This document shows positions 42,606 to 52,721 of a stretch of DNA of 64,000 nucleotides, piece after piece. The translations under genes and the position numbers were made by a program. The DNA comes from a virus. Lineage: Duplodnaviria > Caudoviricetes. The notes under the pieces are model-generated. The model saw only the letters and a program-made list of their open reading frames with translations, had not been told where the DNA came from and did not search any database. The stretch spans positions 160,001 to 224,000 of IMG/VR virus record IMGVR_UViG_3300028886_000037. One strand, given 5' to 3'. Position 1 is the stretch's first letter. Every line of letters starts with the position of its first letter.

Positions 42606-43505
42606 TTACGGCACGTAGAGAATCGTCGGGTTGTCTTTGTGGATGTCTGGCTTCTCGAGGTAGAAGTTGTAAGCCAAGCACATAGACTTCCAGTGATCTT
42701 CGAAGTTTTCGAAGATGAACGTGTCGTTCTTGACGTGAACGATAGTCTTGTTCTTGTCCTTGATGTCGATCGCCATGATTGCGCCACGCTTTTCGTGGAA
42801 GGCAGTGAACCAGTCGAGACGCTTGAGATTCTTTCCAGTGAGCGAGAAGTGCGTGTACTCGGGATCACGTTCGAACTGCGGGATAGCAGCGGGGATGTCG
42901 TTCTCGATCACGTACTGATTCCAGCTCTTTTCGAAGCTGTTGCAGTTGAACGGATGAGGAATGAGATGAACGCCAGACTTGCTGGGAATTCTCGGAAGAG
43001 GCATCAGAATAGCCTGGCTGCTTGCATACGGCTCGCATTCGAAGATGAGCTGTTCGATCTTGTCGAGGTGCGGCTTATGTTCAGCGTCGCAGTCCACGAT
43101 CCAAGTCTTGTTGCCCTTTCCAGCGCAGTTAGCGAGGCCAGCAGCAGAAGCGACGAGATGGAACGGAGAAGAGAAGCTCTGTCCAGAGATTTCCTGTTCC
43201 GCGATGTGCTTGAGCATGTGAAGCGAGATCTGCTTGTAGTTGCGCTTGTTGAGACGGATGTAAGCTCTAACGTTGAACGTCTGGCAGATCTTGATGATGT
43301 CGTCCTTGCGCTGTTCCAAGTGGTCTACCGAAGTGATGAAGTAGTCCTTGATGCTGCGGCTGTGCATGTTGCCATGATACGCAGGATCCGGAATTCCATC
43401 GATCATCGGGTCATCGGATTGACGACGGAGAAGTTGAACGTAGTAGCAGTCGCCTTCATTCTCGAAGGTGAGAAGCCGCTTGATGATTTCGAAGTTGTCG
43501 ACCAT
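42606..43505 (-). CDS. phage protein with AEP (primase-polymerase)-like DxD and SGxH motifs
   Basis: RAYIRLNKR, WIVDCD, SKSGVHLI, DIHKDNPTILY. Confidence 0.45.
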   Translation of the reverse strand: MVDNFEIIKRLLTFENEGDCYYVQLLRRQSDDPMIDGIPDPAYHGNMHSRSIKDYFITSVDHLEQRKDDIIKICQTFNVRAYIRLNKRNYKQISLHMLKHIAEQEISGQSFSSPFHLVASAAGLANCAGKGNKTWIVDCDAEHKPHLDKIEQLIFECEPYASSQAILMPLPRIPSKSGVHLIPHPFNCNSFEKSWNQYVIENDIPAAIPQFERDPEYTHFSLTGKNLKRLDWFTAFHEKRGAIMAIDIKDKNKTIVHVKNDTFIFENFEDHWKSMCLAYNFYLEKPDIHKDNPTILYVP

Positions 43506-44317
43506 TTAGGCCTCCTAGTTGAAGTTTACATGATCAATATAGAATCTTCAAGCCGTTTTGTAAATGGGTAAATTTACTGTTCTCCGTAAGTATAGATGAA
43601 TTTTCCTGCCAAGCTCTTCGAAATGTCCAGGAACTTGAGCCCTGCGATCTTGAGCGGAAGTCGGTACTTCTCGTTGCAAGCTACCTTAGCGTAGTGCTTG
43701 AACTGCTCTCCGCTCTCGTAGTCGTTCTCTACCCACTTGACGAGTTCGCAGTCATAACCAGACAGCGCAAGCAGGAATTCACTCTGTACATTCGCAAATG
43801 CCGCAAAAGCGAGCACGCAGATGATAGTCATTGTTCTCTTCATGTTTTCTTCCTTCTATCGGAGGTTCTTCAGCTTCAGCTTCAGCATCTCGATGTCGAC
43901 CAAGAGCTGAAGTCTGCGAGCCTCTTTTTCTCCGAATGTTGAATTTATAAGCTTCTTTCGGCTCTCTGTGTAGTTGTGATGGAACGTGATCGTGTCCGAC
44001 TTGTAGAAGTTCCACAGCCACTTGTTGATCGTTCGATGCGCAGTGAATCTCACAGTCAACGGAATCCCCTTGATGTAGAACTTCACGAACTTTACGTCCA
44101 CGTCCCAGTCTTTTGTCTCGAAAAACTTACTCATGGTCCTTCTTGTCTCGATCTTCAAGCTTAGCTAAGATGTAAGCCAGTGTAGCGACTACGCCAGAGC
44201 CAACGCCTAGAACTACTGCAGCAGATGTAGGAAGCTTATCAAGTCCGCAGATGTTCCTGACGGCAATTTCCATGCCACTCACTACAATGAACATTCCCAA
44301 GTAGAACCACAAATTTC

Positions 44318-44602
44318 TCATTCCTCTACCTCATACTCAGTGTGGATCTTCAACTCTTTTACTGTACAAGAGCTCATTATATCAGCGAGTAGCTTTTCCG
44401 AGTTCCAACGCATAGTGTTTCTATCTCTCTCTTTATTTCGTTTGATTGCAGACTCAGCTAAGTCACGAATAGAAAAACGTGTCGCTTTTACTGGATCATC
44501 AGTGAGATATTCAAATTCGAGTGGAGTAGCATTCTGAATCGAGAAGTACTTTCCACTTTCGTGCTTTAGGATATATCCTGTTTAGTCTCTTGTGTAGATC
44601 AT
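44318..44602 (-). pseudogene. small gene interrupted by in-frame TAA at codon 7
   Basis: MIYTRD*TGYILKHESGKYF...; coupled to both neighbours by ATGA overlaps. Confidence 0.6.
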
Positions 44603-45423
44603 TTTTGTTTTCCTTTTCTGAATGATGTCTTTGGATCGAAACCATAGGCTTTGATCCTCGTGATGTCGTCGCCAACGGGGACGACTGCGTCGTCTGGCCT
44701 TGCGTGGCTGTCTAACCAGTTCTCTAGTCTCAATAGAGCACGGTATGGATCCATGATCTTCTGGAACCCTATGGATTTCAGGCAGATGTTCTTGAAGATC
44801 CATATACGGCGCTTATCGCGATTTAACGTGTACTTGGATTGAACTGGAAATACGGCCATGAAGATCGGACCGAACTTGTCGAACGCTTCGTCCTTCCAGA
44901 ACTCGGTCTCTTCTGGATTCTTGAATTCCTTGTTGAGAACGTTCGCTGGAATCTTGATGCCGCAGTGACGGTCGAAGTCGATCTCGAAAGACGAGTATCT
45001 CTTCACAGTCTCGAAAGAAGTCGGCATCACGTTTCTCTTGACTCCCGGATCGAAGAACGAGCCCCAGTTCTGATACTTCAACGGCTCTTCGATAGCGCCA
45101 GGATCCAAGCGTGACCATACCATCTCTCCGAACGTTCCGCCCGCAGCTACGAAAGGATAATAGTGTCCAGCGAATCCCACCCAAAAGCTGTAGAGTTCAA
45201 GATGAGCCGATGGACTAAATTTCAGCATACGGTCTGGATCGCAGTCTCTTATGAAGGACTCTGCGCTGTATAGCCTTCCATCGAAGTCCTCGCCGAGAGA
45301 AGTCAGTTCTCTCGGATCATAGCTCACGATCTCTGGCGTGCGGTTGTATACTACGTCAGAGTCTGGAAATGATCCGATTGCGCTGTCGTAGTAGTCTTTG
45401 AACTTCGAGTTTATTTTGATCAT
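44599..45423 (-). CDS. hypothetical phage protein (SKFKDYYD...GFDPKTSFRK)
   Basis: ORF track. Confidence 0.75.
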   Translation of the reverse strand: MIKINSKFKDYYDSAIGSFPDSDVVYNRTPEIVSYDPRELTSLGEDFDGRLYSAESFIRDCDPDRMLKFSPSAHLELYSFWVGFAGHYYPFVAAGGTFGEMVWSRLDPGAIEEPLKYQNWGSFFDPGVKRNVMPTSFETVKRYSSFEIDFDRHCGIKIPANVLNKEFKNPEETEFWKDEAFDKFGPIFMAVFPVQSKYTLNRDKRRIWIFKNICLKSIGFQKIMDPYRALLRLENWLDSHARPDDAVVPVGDDITRIKAYGFDPKTSFRKGKQK

Positions 45424-45862
45424 ACTTGCTCTTCCTCTGAGTATACGTTGTCAACAACTATCTTTATCGTAAGCTTCTGTGCGAACTTATCTCGCATTGC
45501 TTTTAGAGCGCTCTTCAAATCGATCTGGTGCTCAATCAGAATGTTCTTGTGTTCCCATTCAGAGTCCCAGATGTTGCGGTATCTCACAGTGAATAGATAG
45601 GTTCTAAGTTTCATACGTTCAAAATATACAAAAAGTCCGGGCTCTTGTAAACCCGGACTTCCCATTTAACATATCGGAGGTTTTTAGACTTTTACGGTCT
45701 TCGTCTTGTCAAGCTCGACGGACTGGATCTGGAAGATATGCCCGTAGGATTCTCTCAGGAATGCCTGAAGTTCACTACGGACCGTCTCTTCATCCTTTCC
45801 ATAGCGCTTGAAGACTTCGGCTTCGCCGCCAATGAGGACTTCGCAGCGGTAACGCTTCTTAC

Positions 45863-47368
45863 TCACTTGATGACCTCATAGCGCTTGGAAAGCAGAGTTT
45901 CCTTCAAGACTTCGAACGGATCGAGCTTGTTAGAGAGCGCCATGTTGAGCACGTTCTGGCTGAAGCCAGAGAGGAGCTTGAGACCATACTTGTTCTCCTG
46001 AAGCGGAACTGCGTTGGTGCGAGAGTTGACGTTCCAGAAGACCATGCCCGGAAGATCGTAACCTTCTGCCTTGTACTTCTGACGGATGGACTCGAACACG
46101 GTCGGCAGATCCTTCGTGGAAGTTCTCTGCCAGCTGTAGCAAGAGCAAGTAGTTGCAGAGTCGAACTCCATGTCGGAGATGATCAGCACATCCGGGATCT
46201 GGTCCTGCTTCATGTGATTGCTCTTAGCCACGTTCAGGATGAGATCCATAGTGGCCTCGATGTCAGTGTTGGAGCAGTCTGCTTCTCGGTAAGCCAAGTT
46301 CATCTTGTCTCGAAGAGTCATCTTCTGACCGAACTTCACGAGCTTCGGCTTGTTACCGAAGGTGATGAACTCGTTCTCGAAGCCAGGAGCAGCGTGCTCA
46401 GAGCAGTAGATTGCGAGAGCAGTTGCGACGTCGAGCGCATGGACACTAGTACCGCCGACCGGGCATTCCATAGAGCCAGAGCCGTCGCGAACGACGATCA
46501 TCGGCTTGGTCATCTCGATGGACTTCAGGTTCTTCCACATACCCTCGAGCGCCGGATCGACGGTAGAGCTGTATTCTCCAGACTGACAGCGGTACTTGTA
46601 TACCACTTCGTGCGGGAAAGCAGCAGAAGCGTTGATCTTGGCTTCGCCCTTGGTTAGCTTACCGAGGAATTCACGACGACGAGCTTCGTCATGCTTGAGG
46701 AACGCGTCCTTGTACTTCAGGTTAGCATGAGACGGAACAGCTTCGTAGTTCACGTCGCTCCATTCGTTCTTACATAGCTTGACTTCGATCACATTCGAGT
46801 AAGCGCGAAGCTTGGAGAGAGTCTTACGATATTCCGACGGCTTCATACCGAGGAGTGCGCAAAGCTTGTTAGCCTTAGCGACCGTTTCCTTGGAGGAAGT
46901 GTTCACAGACGGCATCCACTTAGCGAGCAGCGAGATCGGCTTTCCGGCCTTCATATCGGCGAGATCGATGTCGAGACGTTCCTTGATTAGTTCCACGACT
47001 TCCTTCTCGACAGCGGTGCCGAGCAGTTCAGTCACGATGTCCCAGCGAGAGTAGTCCGGGATGAACTTGATCAACCACGGGTACTTCGGCAAGACGTTCT
47101 TGACGAGGATCTTGAACAGACGGCGCTCGCCGAGACCTTCACGAACGTCACCCGCATAGAACATCCACTTGATAGCGAGTTCCGGGGTTTCTGCGAAAGC
47201 CTTCAGAAAGTCAGACAAGATAGTGCCCTCGTCCGCAGTGCGGTAAGACGCTACCTTGTAGTTCATATCCAAGAGGGCGTGGCCAGAGGTTTCATAACCG
47301 ACACCACCGTTCTCGGTGAGAGTCTTGTTATTCTTGAGGATCTTTTCCATTTTGGAATAGAATGACAT
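45863..47368 (-). CDS. DUF2828-family TROVE-like/vWA domain protein
   Basis: TENG, DVREGLGER, LLAKWMPS, DGSGSM (MIDAS), ISDMEFD, FWNVN, SGFS; start reset to ATG 47368 (AAGGAAG RBS). Confidence 0.85.
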   Translation of the reverse strand: MSFYSKMEKILKNNKTLTENGGVGYETSGHALLDMNYKVASYRTADEGTILSDFLKAFAETPELAIKWMFYAGDVREGLGERRLFKILVKNVLPKYPWLIKFIPDYSRWDIVTELLGTAVEKEVVELIKERLDIDLADMKAGKPISLLAKWMPSVNTSSKETVAKANKLCALLGMKPSEYRKTLSKLRAYSNVIEVKLCKNEWSDVNYEAVPSHANLKYKDAFLKHDEARRREFLGKLTKGEAKINASAAFPHEVVYKYRCQSGEYSSTVDPALEGMWKNLKSIEMTKPMIVVRDGSGSMECPVGGTSVHALDVATALAIYCSEHAAPGFENEFITFGNKPKLVKFGQKMTLRDKMNLAYREADCSNTDIEATMDLILNVAKSNHMKQDQIPDVLIISDMEFDSATTCSCYSWQRTSTKDLPTVFESIRQKYKAEGYDLPGMVFWNVNSRTNAVPLQENKYGLKLLSGFSQNVLNMALSNKLDPFEVLKETLLSKRYEVIK

Positions 47369-47679
47369 TTGAGTTACTTCCTTCGGTTCAAAGTTGACGA
47401 GATGGAATTTGATTGTGCGAACCATGCATAAAAAAAAATTGCTGTGACCATCTCTCGTTTTGTGTTCTACAATATAGAAAACTTTTGCGGATCTGTAAAT
47501 AGTAAACTTTATTTTACAGAAGATCGATCGTCGGCTGGACTAGTTCAGTGCTGCCGTTCGGACGCACCAGAACACCAGCTTCGACATAGTTGTTCTCGTC
47601 CTTTATCTGGTACTGATGGATCATGGAAACCCAACCAGTCTTAGTGATCTTTACTCCATTGAGTTCGTTCGTCTTTCTC

Positions 47680-48834
47680 TTATTCGTCGTTGTCGCCATC
47701 GTTGTCTCCTTGTGATTTGAGTTCTTCTACTGCGAACTTGAAGACGAGATCGTTGATCTTCCTTCCAGTCGCTAAGTTGATTGCCAGGCAAGCGTATCTC
47801 TTGCCCATGATTTCCACAGCCTTCTCGTATCGCTCACGGCCTTCAAGATTCAATAGCTCAGCAGCAGAATCTTCAGCCTTAAATTTGATCTCTTCGCATT
47901 TACGTTCAAGTTTATCAGCGTATTCACGCATATCCCAGAGCTCTTCCGGAATCATCTTTTTGTACTCTGGCTCTACTATCAATGCTTCTTTATCGAAGTG
48001 AGCACGGATGTCCTTCTTAGAGATCGCAGACATCATCTTGAACTTCTCTAGATATTCTACGCCCTTGATCTTCATCTTGAACCCGGACGAGAATGTCACT
48101 ACGAATCCCTCGTGATCTACGTCAAGCTTCTTAGCCTGTTCGATCATCTTCTCCATCGAGTCGAAGTAGATCATTTCAGAGTAACGGATGTCCAGCTTGT
48201 AAGCGAGATCCGCGATCTCGACCATCTCTGCCTCTGTGTGATTCTCGTCGAAGAATCCCAACAGAACCAAGCCCTCGTAGTCGTAGTGACATACGTGCGG
48301 ATCTTCGTTGGAGATGATCTCGAAGCAGTAAGTCCAGTCCTTGTCCAAGTGCAATTCCTTTCGGTCATTGTCGATCTTAGTGTCGAACCAGTTCTGAGCC
48401 CACTTAGCCTGATCTGAGTCGAAGGATCCAGCAGTCTTGATGATCCACTTATCCTCGTAGTAGAACAAGATTCCGAGCGAGCCGTCAAGCTTGTCCATAG
48501 CACGGAAGTTCTTCGTGATCCTCGGCTCAAACCCGTGTCCCAGTCTCGTGAGAGTTTCTCCGAGCTTAGTGAGACGCATGTAGCCGTCATCAGTAGTCAC
48601 GTCGTAGATCTCTTCGTAGTTGAAGAACTTGTTGAACGGATGAGCGATGATGTCGCCCGTAGACTTATCGAACACGATGCCACGGCACTGGAGAGTGATC
48701 TCGTCCCAAGCGCCGTCGTATACGGTCTGTCGAGAGTACTTGAAGCCGACAAGCTTTCCGTCAGCAGACTCGTGCTTGTCGAGCCATCCGAGATCTGCAT
48801 ATTCTAAGCACTTTTCAAGAGTTAATTCGTTCAT
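47680..48834 (-). CDS. rnlA: RNA ligase 1 (T4 RnlA-like)
   Basis: CRGIVF, PFNKFFN, KLDGSL, FEII, EGFVV, KIK. Confidence 0.9.
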   Translation of the reverse strand: MNELTLEKCLEYADLGWLDKHESADGKLVGFKYSRQTVYDGAWDEITLQCRGIVFDKSTGDIIAHPFNKFFNYEEIYDVTTDDGYMRLTKLGETLTRLGHGFEPRITKNFRAMDKLDGSLGILFYYEDKWIIKTAGSFDSDQAKWAQNWFDTKIDNDRKELHLDKDWTYCFEIISNEDPHVCHYDYEGLVLLGFFDENHTEAEMVEIADLAYKLDIRYSEMIYFDSMEKMIEQAKKLDVDHEGFVVTFSSGFKMKIKGVEYLEKFKMMSAISKKDIRAHFDKEALIVEPEYKKMIPEELWDMREYADKLERKCEEIKFKAEDSAAELLNLEGRERYEKAVEIMGKRYACLAINLATGRKINDLVFKFAVEELKSQGDNDGDNDE

Positions 48835-49233
48835 GCTATTTCCTCGCCTTTCCACTCGAGAACCGGAGTGGTAGAGTGTGAGTAGGGATCCGGGTTCGGT
48901 TCAATTGACAGATTTTGTCGGACCTCTTTCTCGACTACTTCAGCAGCGATACGCTTGATCATGTCGTTCAAGGACTCGTTCTTAAGAGCGTCGTAGCGAG
49001 CCTGCAAGTCCTTTTCACGTTGGAGAAAGAACTTCTTCTGTTCTTCGAGCTCATACTGCATGCAGCGGAGAGTCTCTTCGGTCAATACGGAAGCGAGCTT
49101 ATTCGCACGATCGATGCTGATCTTGAGGTGTTCTCGTAAGAGAAATGCGAACATCGGAGTTTTCATAGTAGTGGTCCTTGTTGAAGTTACATATACAATA
49201 TAGGCATTTTCGGCCTATTTGTAAATAGTGAAA

Positions 49234-49776
49234 CTAAGAATTTTCAAGCATTTTGTCGTGATCTTCGCACAATTTGTCGAATTCTCTGTCATCGCATAGA
49301 ATCATATCCAGGCTGACCAGTGCAGACTTTGCGTCCGTGAACACGATGCCGCGAGAGTCTGGATGCGCCTTTACGTGCAGATCGACGTTGTCCCTGTTGT
49401 CATCGATCAGGATGTCGGACTCCTGGAGGAAGTGCCACTTGTCGATTCCCTTGTTGATGATCTCGATGTTCTGCATCTGGAACTCTGTACAGTTAGCAGC
49501 GATCCACTCGCGCTTACCCTTCTTGCCGTTGTGCAAGAAGATAGCAGAAGCGATGCCAAGCTCTAAGTCCGGGTTCTGCTTTACCAGTTCGAGAAGAGCA
49601 TTGTAGAGCTTGTGTCCCTCTTCGATCCACTTCATGTTCGACCAGAACTGCGGTCCTATCTTGTCCATCAGCTTCCAGTCGCACTTTCCGTTCTCTTTGA
49701 TAGCGTGAAAGTTTTTCACTTGCCAGTCGAAGTCACAAAGCACTCCGTCCATGTCTAGCACGATTCGTCTTTTCAT
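49234..49776 (-). CDS. HAD-family 5'(3')-nucleotidase-like protein
   Basis: LDMDGVLCDF, GKREW, ILIDD. Confidence 0.85.
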   Translation of the reverse strand: MKRRIVLDMDGVLCDFDWQVKNFHAIKENGKCDWKLMDKIGPQFWSNMKWIEEGHKLYNALLELVKQNPDLELGIASAIFLHNGKKGKREWIAANCTEFQMQNIEIINKGIDKWHFLQESDILIDDNRDNVDLHVKAHPDSRGIVFTDAKSALVSLDMILCDDREFDKLCEDHDKMLENS

Positions 49777-49952
49777 AGTTGTCTCTTATAAGTTTTCTGA
49801 GAGGATTTGTTCCGTGATCTCTTCCACTTTCTCTTCTGCCTTTATCGCATTGAGCTTCTCGTCGGTGACCACGTCAGTGTCGAATCGATCAACGTGCATG
49901 ATCATCCGCTTGAGCTCTTCTGCGTGAAAGACAGACAGCATGGAGTCGCTCA

Positions 49953-50096
49953 TTACGGGCACCACCACGGAGTATCACAGCCCTCTTTCTCTTCAGGCGG
50001 TTCCCAATACGGATTGTCTCCAGATCCTGCCAAGAGCTGTTCGTGGCTACCCATGTCGATGATGTCCATTGTAGGCTTCACATAAGTCTTACGCAT
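49953..50096 (-). CDS. 47-aa RiPP-precursor-like peptide, not in ORF track
   Basis: MRKTYVKPTMDIIDMGSHEQLLAGSGDNPYWEPPEEKEGCDTPWWCP; coupled to both neighbours. Confidence 0.7.
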   Translation of the reverse strand: MRKTYVKPTMDIIDMGSHEQLLAGSGDNPYWEPPEEKEGCDTPWWCP

Positions 50097-50535
50097 TTTT
50101 GTCCCTTTGTATTGCTGTAATTACGATTTCGCCAGGCCAGTCGATTTCCTTGGCCTTCATCTTTTCAAGGGTCTCTTCCGGAACGCCATGAACATTTCCA
50201 AACATGGTCTTCATGTGGAAGACTTCCATCTTCGCGTTCTCAGAGCTAGCGATCTGCTGCCAGAGATCCATTTCTTTCTTCGAGAGGTTTGTGTTCGCGA
50301 CGATCACAGTAGTGCAGTTGCGCAAGGCTTCACGAACCTTGTTGCGGCACCAAGCGTGCGCGTCCCCGAGTCTCTTCGGATCGAAGTGATACTGTCCGTC
50401 TTCTCCGATCCAGTACATGTCTGCTTCGTAGTAAGCTACAGTTTCACCCTGCTGGATGAGAGATTCCTGAAGCTTCTTTGCAGAAGTGGACTTGCCAGAG
50501 CCCGGGAGGCCACGATATACTACCAGTCTTTTCAT
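50089..50535 (-). CDS. P-loop kinase, polynucleotide-kinase/AAA_33-like
   Basis: RGLPGSGKST, EADMY, AHAWC, VANTN, NVHGVP; start reset to 50535. Confidence 0.85.
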   Translation of the reverse strand: MKRLVVYRGLPGSGKSTSAKKLQESLIQQGETVAYYEADMYWIGEDGQYHFDPKRLGDAHAWCRNKVREALRNCTTVIVANTNLSKKEMDLWQQIASSENAKMEVFHMKTMFGNVHGVPEETLEKMKAKEIDWPGEIVITAIQRDKNA

Positions 50536-51992
50536 AGTTTCCTTTTTTAGTTGAAGTGTGTAGTTAGGTACTCGATAGTCTTGTAAGATACATAGAACCA
50601 CGAGCAGAAAAAGTGCAGAATGTTCCAGCCGATTCCGTTGCCAACGAAGTGAGACAAGAAGGCAGCAGTCATACAGCCAAAGAACGGCATCTTGATCGTA
50701 AGTACGGGTCCTTTGTGATTCTTTAGCGTCTCGATCAGCTTCAGGAACAGTTCCTTCCAAGTGATCTTCGGCTTTTCCTCATATACGGATCCCAATTCAT
50801 CTTCCATGTTATACCTCACTATTAAATATAAGAAAATTCCCGAGTCTTGTAAACCCGGGAACTTTCTGTATTAGGAGATAATACGGAATTACTTGGTCTT
50901 CGGAAGCACCAGTTCTTTCGTCTTCAGATCGAACTGGAACACCTGAAGCGGATTCGCCTGACCCTGCTTAGTCTTCGGAAGGTTGCTCGGAGAGTCTACG
51001 ATCTCTTCGTAAGTTGCGAACGGTTCGAAGTTCACGCGCTTCGTTCCGTCAGGAAGAACGATCGTCGTGTACGGATTCTTGCTAGTTACGCCTCTCCAGA
51101 GGTTTGTCTTGTAGTTGCCGTTCTTGTCGCGATCGAGCTTGAAGAATCCAGTAGCGACGCCCTTTCCCTCGTGAGTCACGATGTACTGCACGTCCTTGAG
51201 GTTCACCTTTGCGATGTTCCACCAAGCGAGCTTATGGATAGTGTTCAATCCCTTAGTGTGAATTGCGAGGATTTTGACGGTCTTGTTTTCTGTTTTTGTC
51301 ATCGGATTTGTCCTTTTGTTCATTGTTAGTGTCAAGTACAGTAGCGTTCAATTTAGTCGGATCGTACTGGAAGCTGAGATTCTCTTTGAACGGATCAGAC
51401 GGATCTATCCTTGGAATCTCACAGCCATAGAGAGCTACGACGCCAGGCCAGTTCTGATATGGCTTCTTTTTAGGAGACGGAATGACGATCTTCTCGCCGT
51501 CATGTCCCTCAAGTTCCACCTTCAGATCGTCTAGCTTCTTTCCGATTAGCCCTCGTGCGATGAGCTCTTCATACTCATCCACGGTGCAGTCGATTGTAGT
51601 CAGATCAGGAAGCGTTACTTTCATTCTTGCTTCTCTCCTCGAGATCTTCGATATGCTTCATGACCTTTTCTGGAACTCCATTCGGCCAATTAGTCTTAGC
51701 CAGTTGACGGGCTTCATCGAAACGGCCCATAGCAGCTAGCTTTGCGACATCAAGCTGCTTCTTAGCCTCTTCGGACTTCTTTTTCTCACGCATAAGCTTG
51801 ATGATGTAGAAGAGCGCAATTCCCGAGATTACCAGGACTATGATTGCGGTCCACCAGATAGCGATGCAGAAGCAAGACCAGTGCCACGGCCATGCGATTA
51901 CAGGCCATTCAGCGAAGGCGCCAAAGCCCGCGAAGTGGAAGACAGTAGCGAGAATAGTCCAAAGGCCTACGAGGCCAATGCCAGTTGTGGGG

Positions 51993-52721
51993 CTACCAGA
52001 TTTTGTGTTGTTCGTTGACATGTAGTGTATCTCCTTTCCATTCAGGAATTCCGTGCCAGTGATCAAGGCACACATTCTTATAGTTGTCTAAATTTATTTT
52101 TCTTTCAGGCCACTTCAGTTCAGGTACAATGCCTTCACGAACTTGCTGTGCGTAGTTTTCCTGATCATAGCAGAAATAGTCTTCAGGAATGAGCAGATCG
52201 TGAGTGTGGCCGTAGAGGTTCACGAAGTGAGATCCAGGTTCGATCCATACCGGTTCATGAGAGAGGATCCACTTGTCTTCCAAGATGACTGGAGTGTCAT
52301 AGACCTCATCGAATCCTCTAGACTTATAGTAGTCTATTCGAGACTTGCTATAGTTGGGGATATTCCATGCGCGTTTCCCGTTATCGTGATTTCCGAGAAC
52401 TAAGAACAGTCGTCTGTTGTCGTTTCCATTCCTGATTCTATATACGAAGTCTTCTATTTCTCTTTTCAGTTCGTCGCTGTCAAAATCAGAATGTCTGCCT
52501 CCAGCGAACCAAAAGTCGCCCAAGTGCCAGATGTCGCAGTTATCAGGAAGTCTTTCAAACAACTGGAGAATATCTTCATTCATGCGCTTCACTTCGGGAA
52601 TGTTAGCTGGATTCTTGTTTCCGCCCTCGACGTGATACGGCCTTCCGCAGTACTTGATGATGTTAGAGTGGCCGAAGTGAGTGTCGGACGTGATGAAAGT
52701 TTGTCTAGTTCTCTTTAGCAT
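51993..52721 (-). CDS. calcineurin-like phosphoesterase
   Basis: SDTHFGH, LGDF, GNHD, LSHEP, GHTH. Confidence 0.9.
   Translation of the reverse strand: MLKRTRQTFITSDTHFGHSNIIKYCGRPYHVEGGNKNPANIPEVKRMNEDILQLFERLPDNCDIWHLGDFWFAGGRHSDFDSDELKREIEDFVYRIRNGNDNRRLFLVLGNHDNGKRAWNIPNYSKSRIDYYKSRGFDEVYDTPVILEDKWILSHEPVWIEPGSHFVNLYGHTHDLLIPEDYFCYDQENYAQQVREGIVPELKWPERKINLDNYKNVCLDHWHGIPEWKGDTLHVNEQHKIW

Noticed and set aside
42399-43571. 390-aa + strand ORF
   Set aside because: Antisense shadow of 42606-43505
44582-44584. Alternative genetic code (stop reassignment)
   Set aside because: TAA, TAG and TGA all end well-defined genes and long genes are uninterrupted in code 11
50089-50760. 223-aa version of the kinase ORF
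   Set aside because: The N-terminal extension overlaps gene 50547-50819; RBS supports a start at 50535
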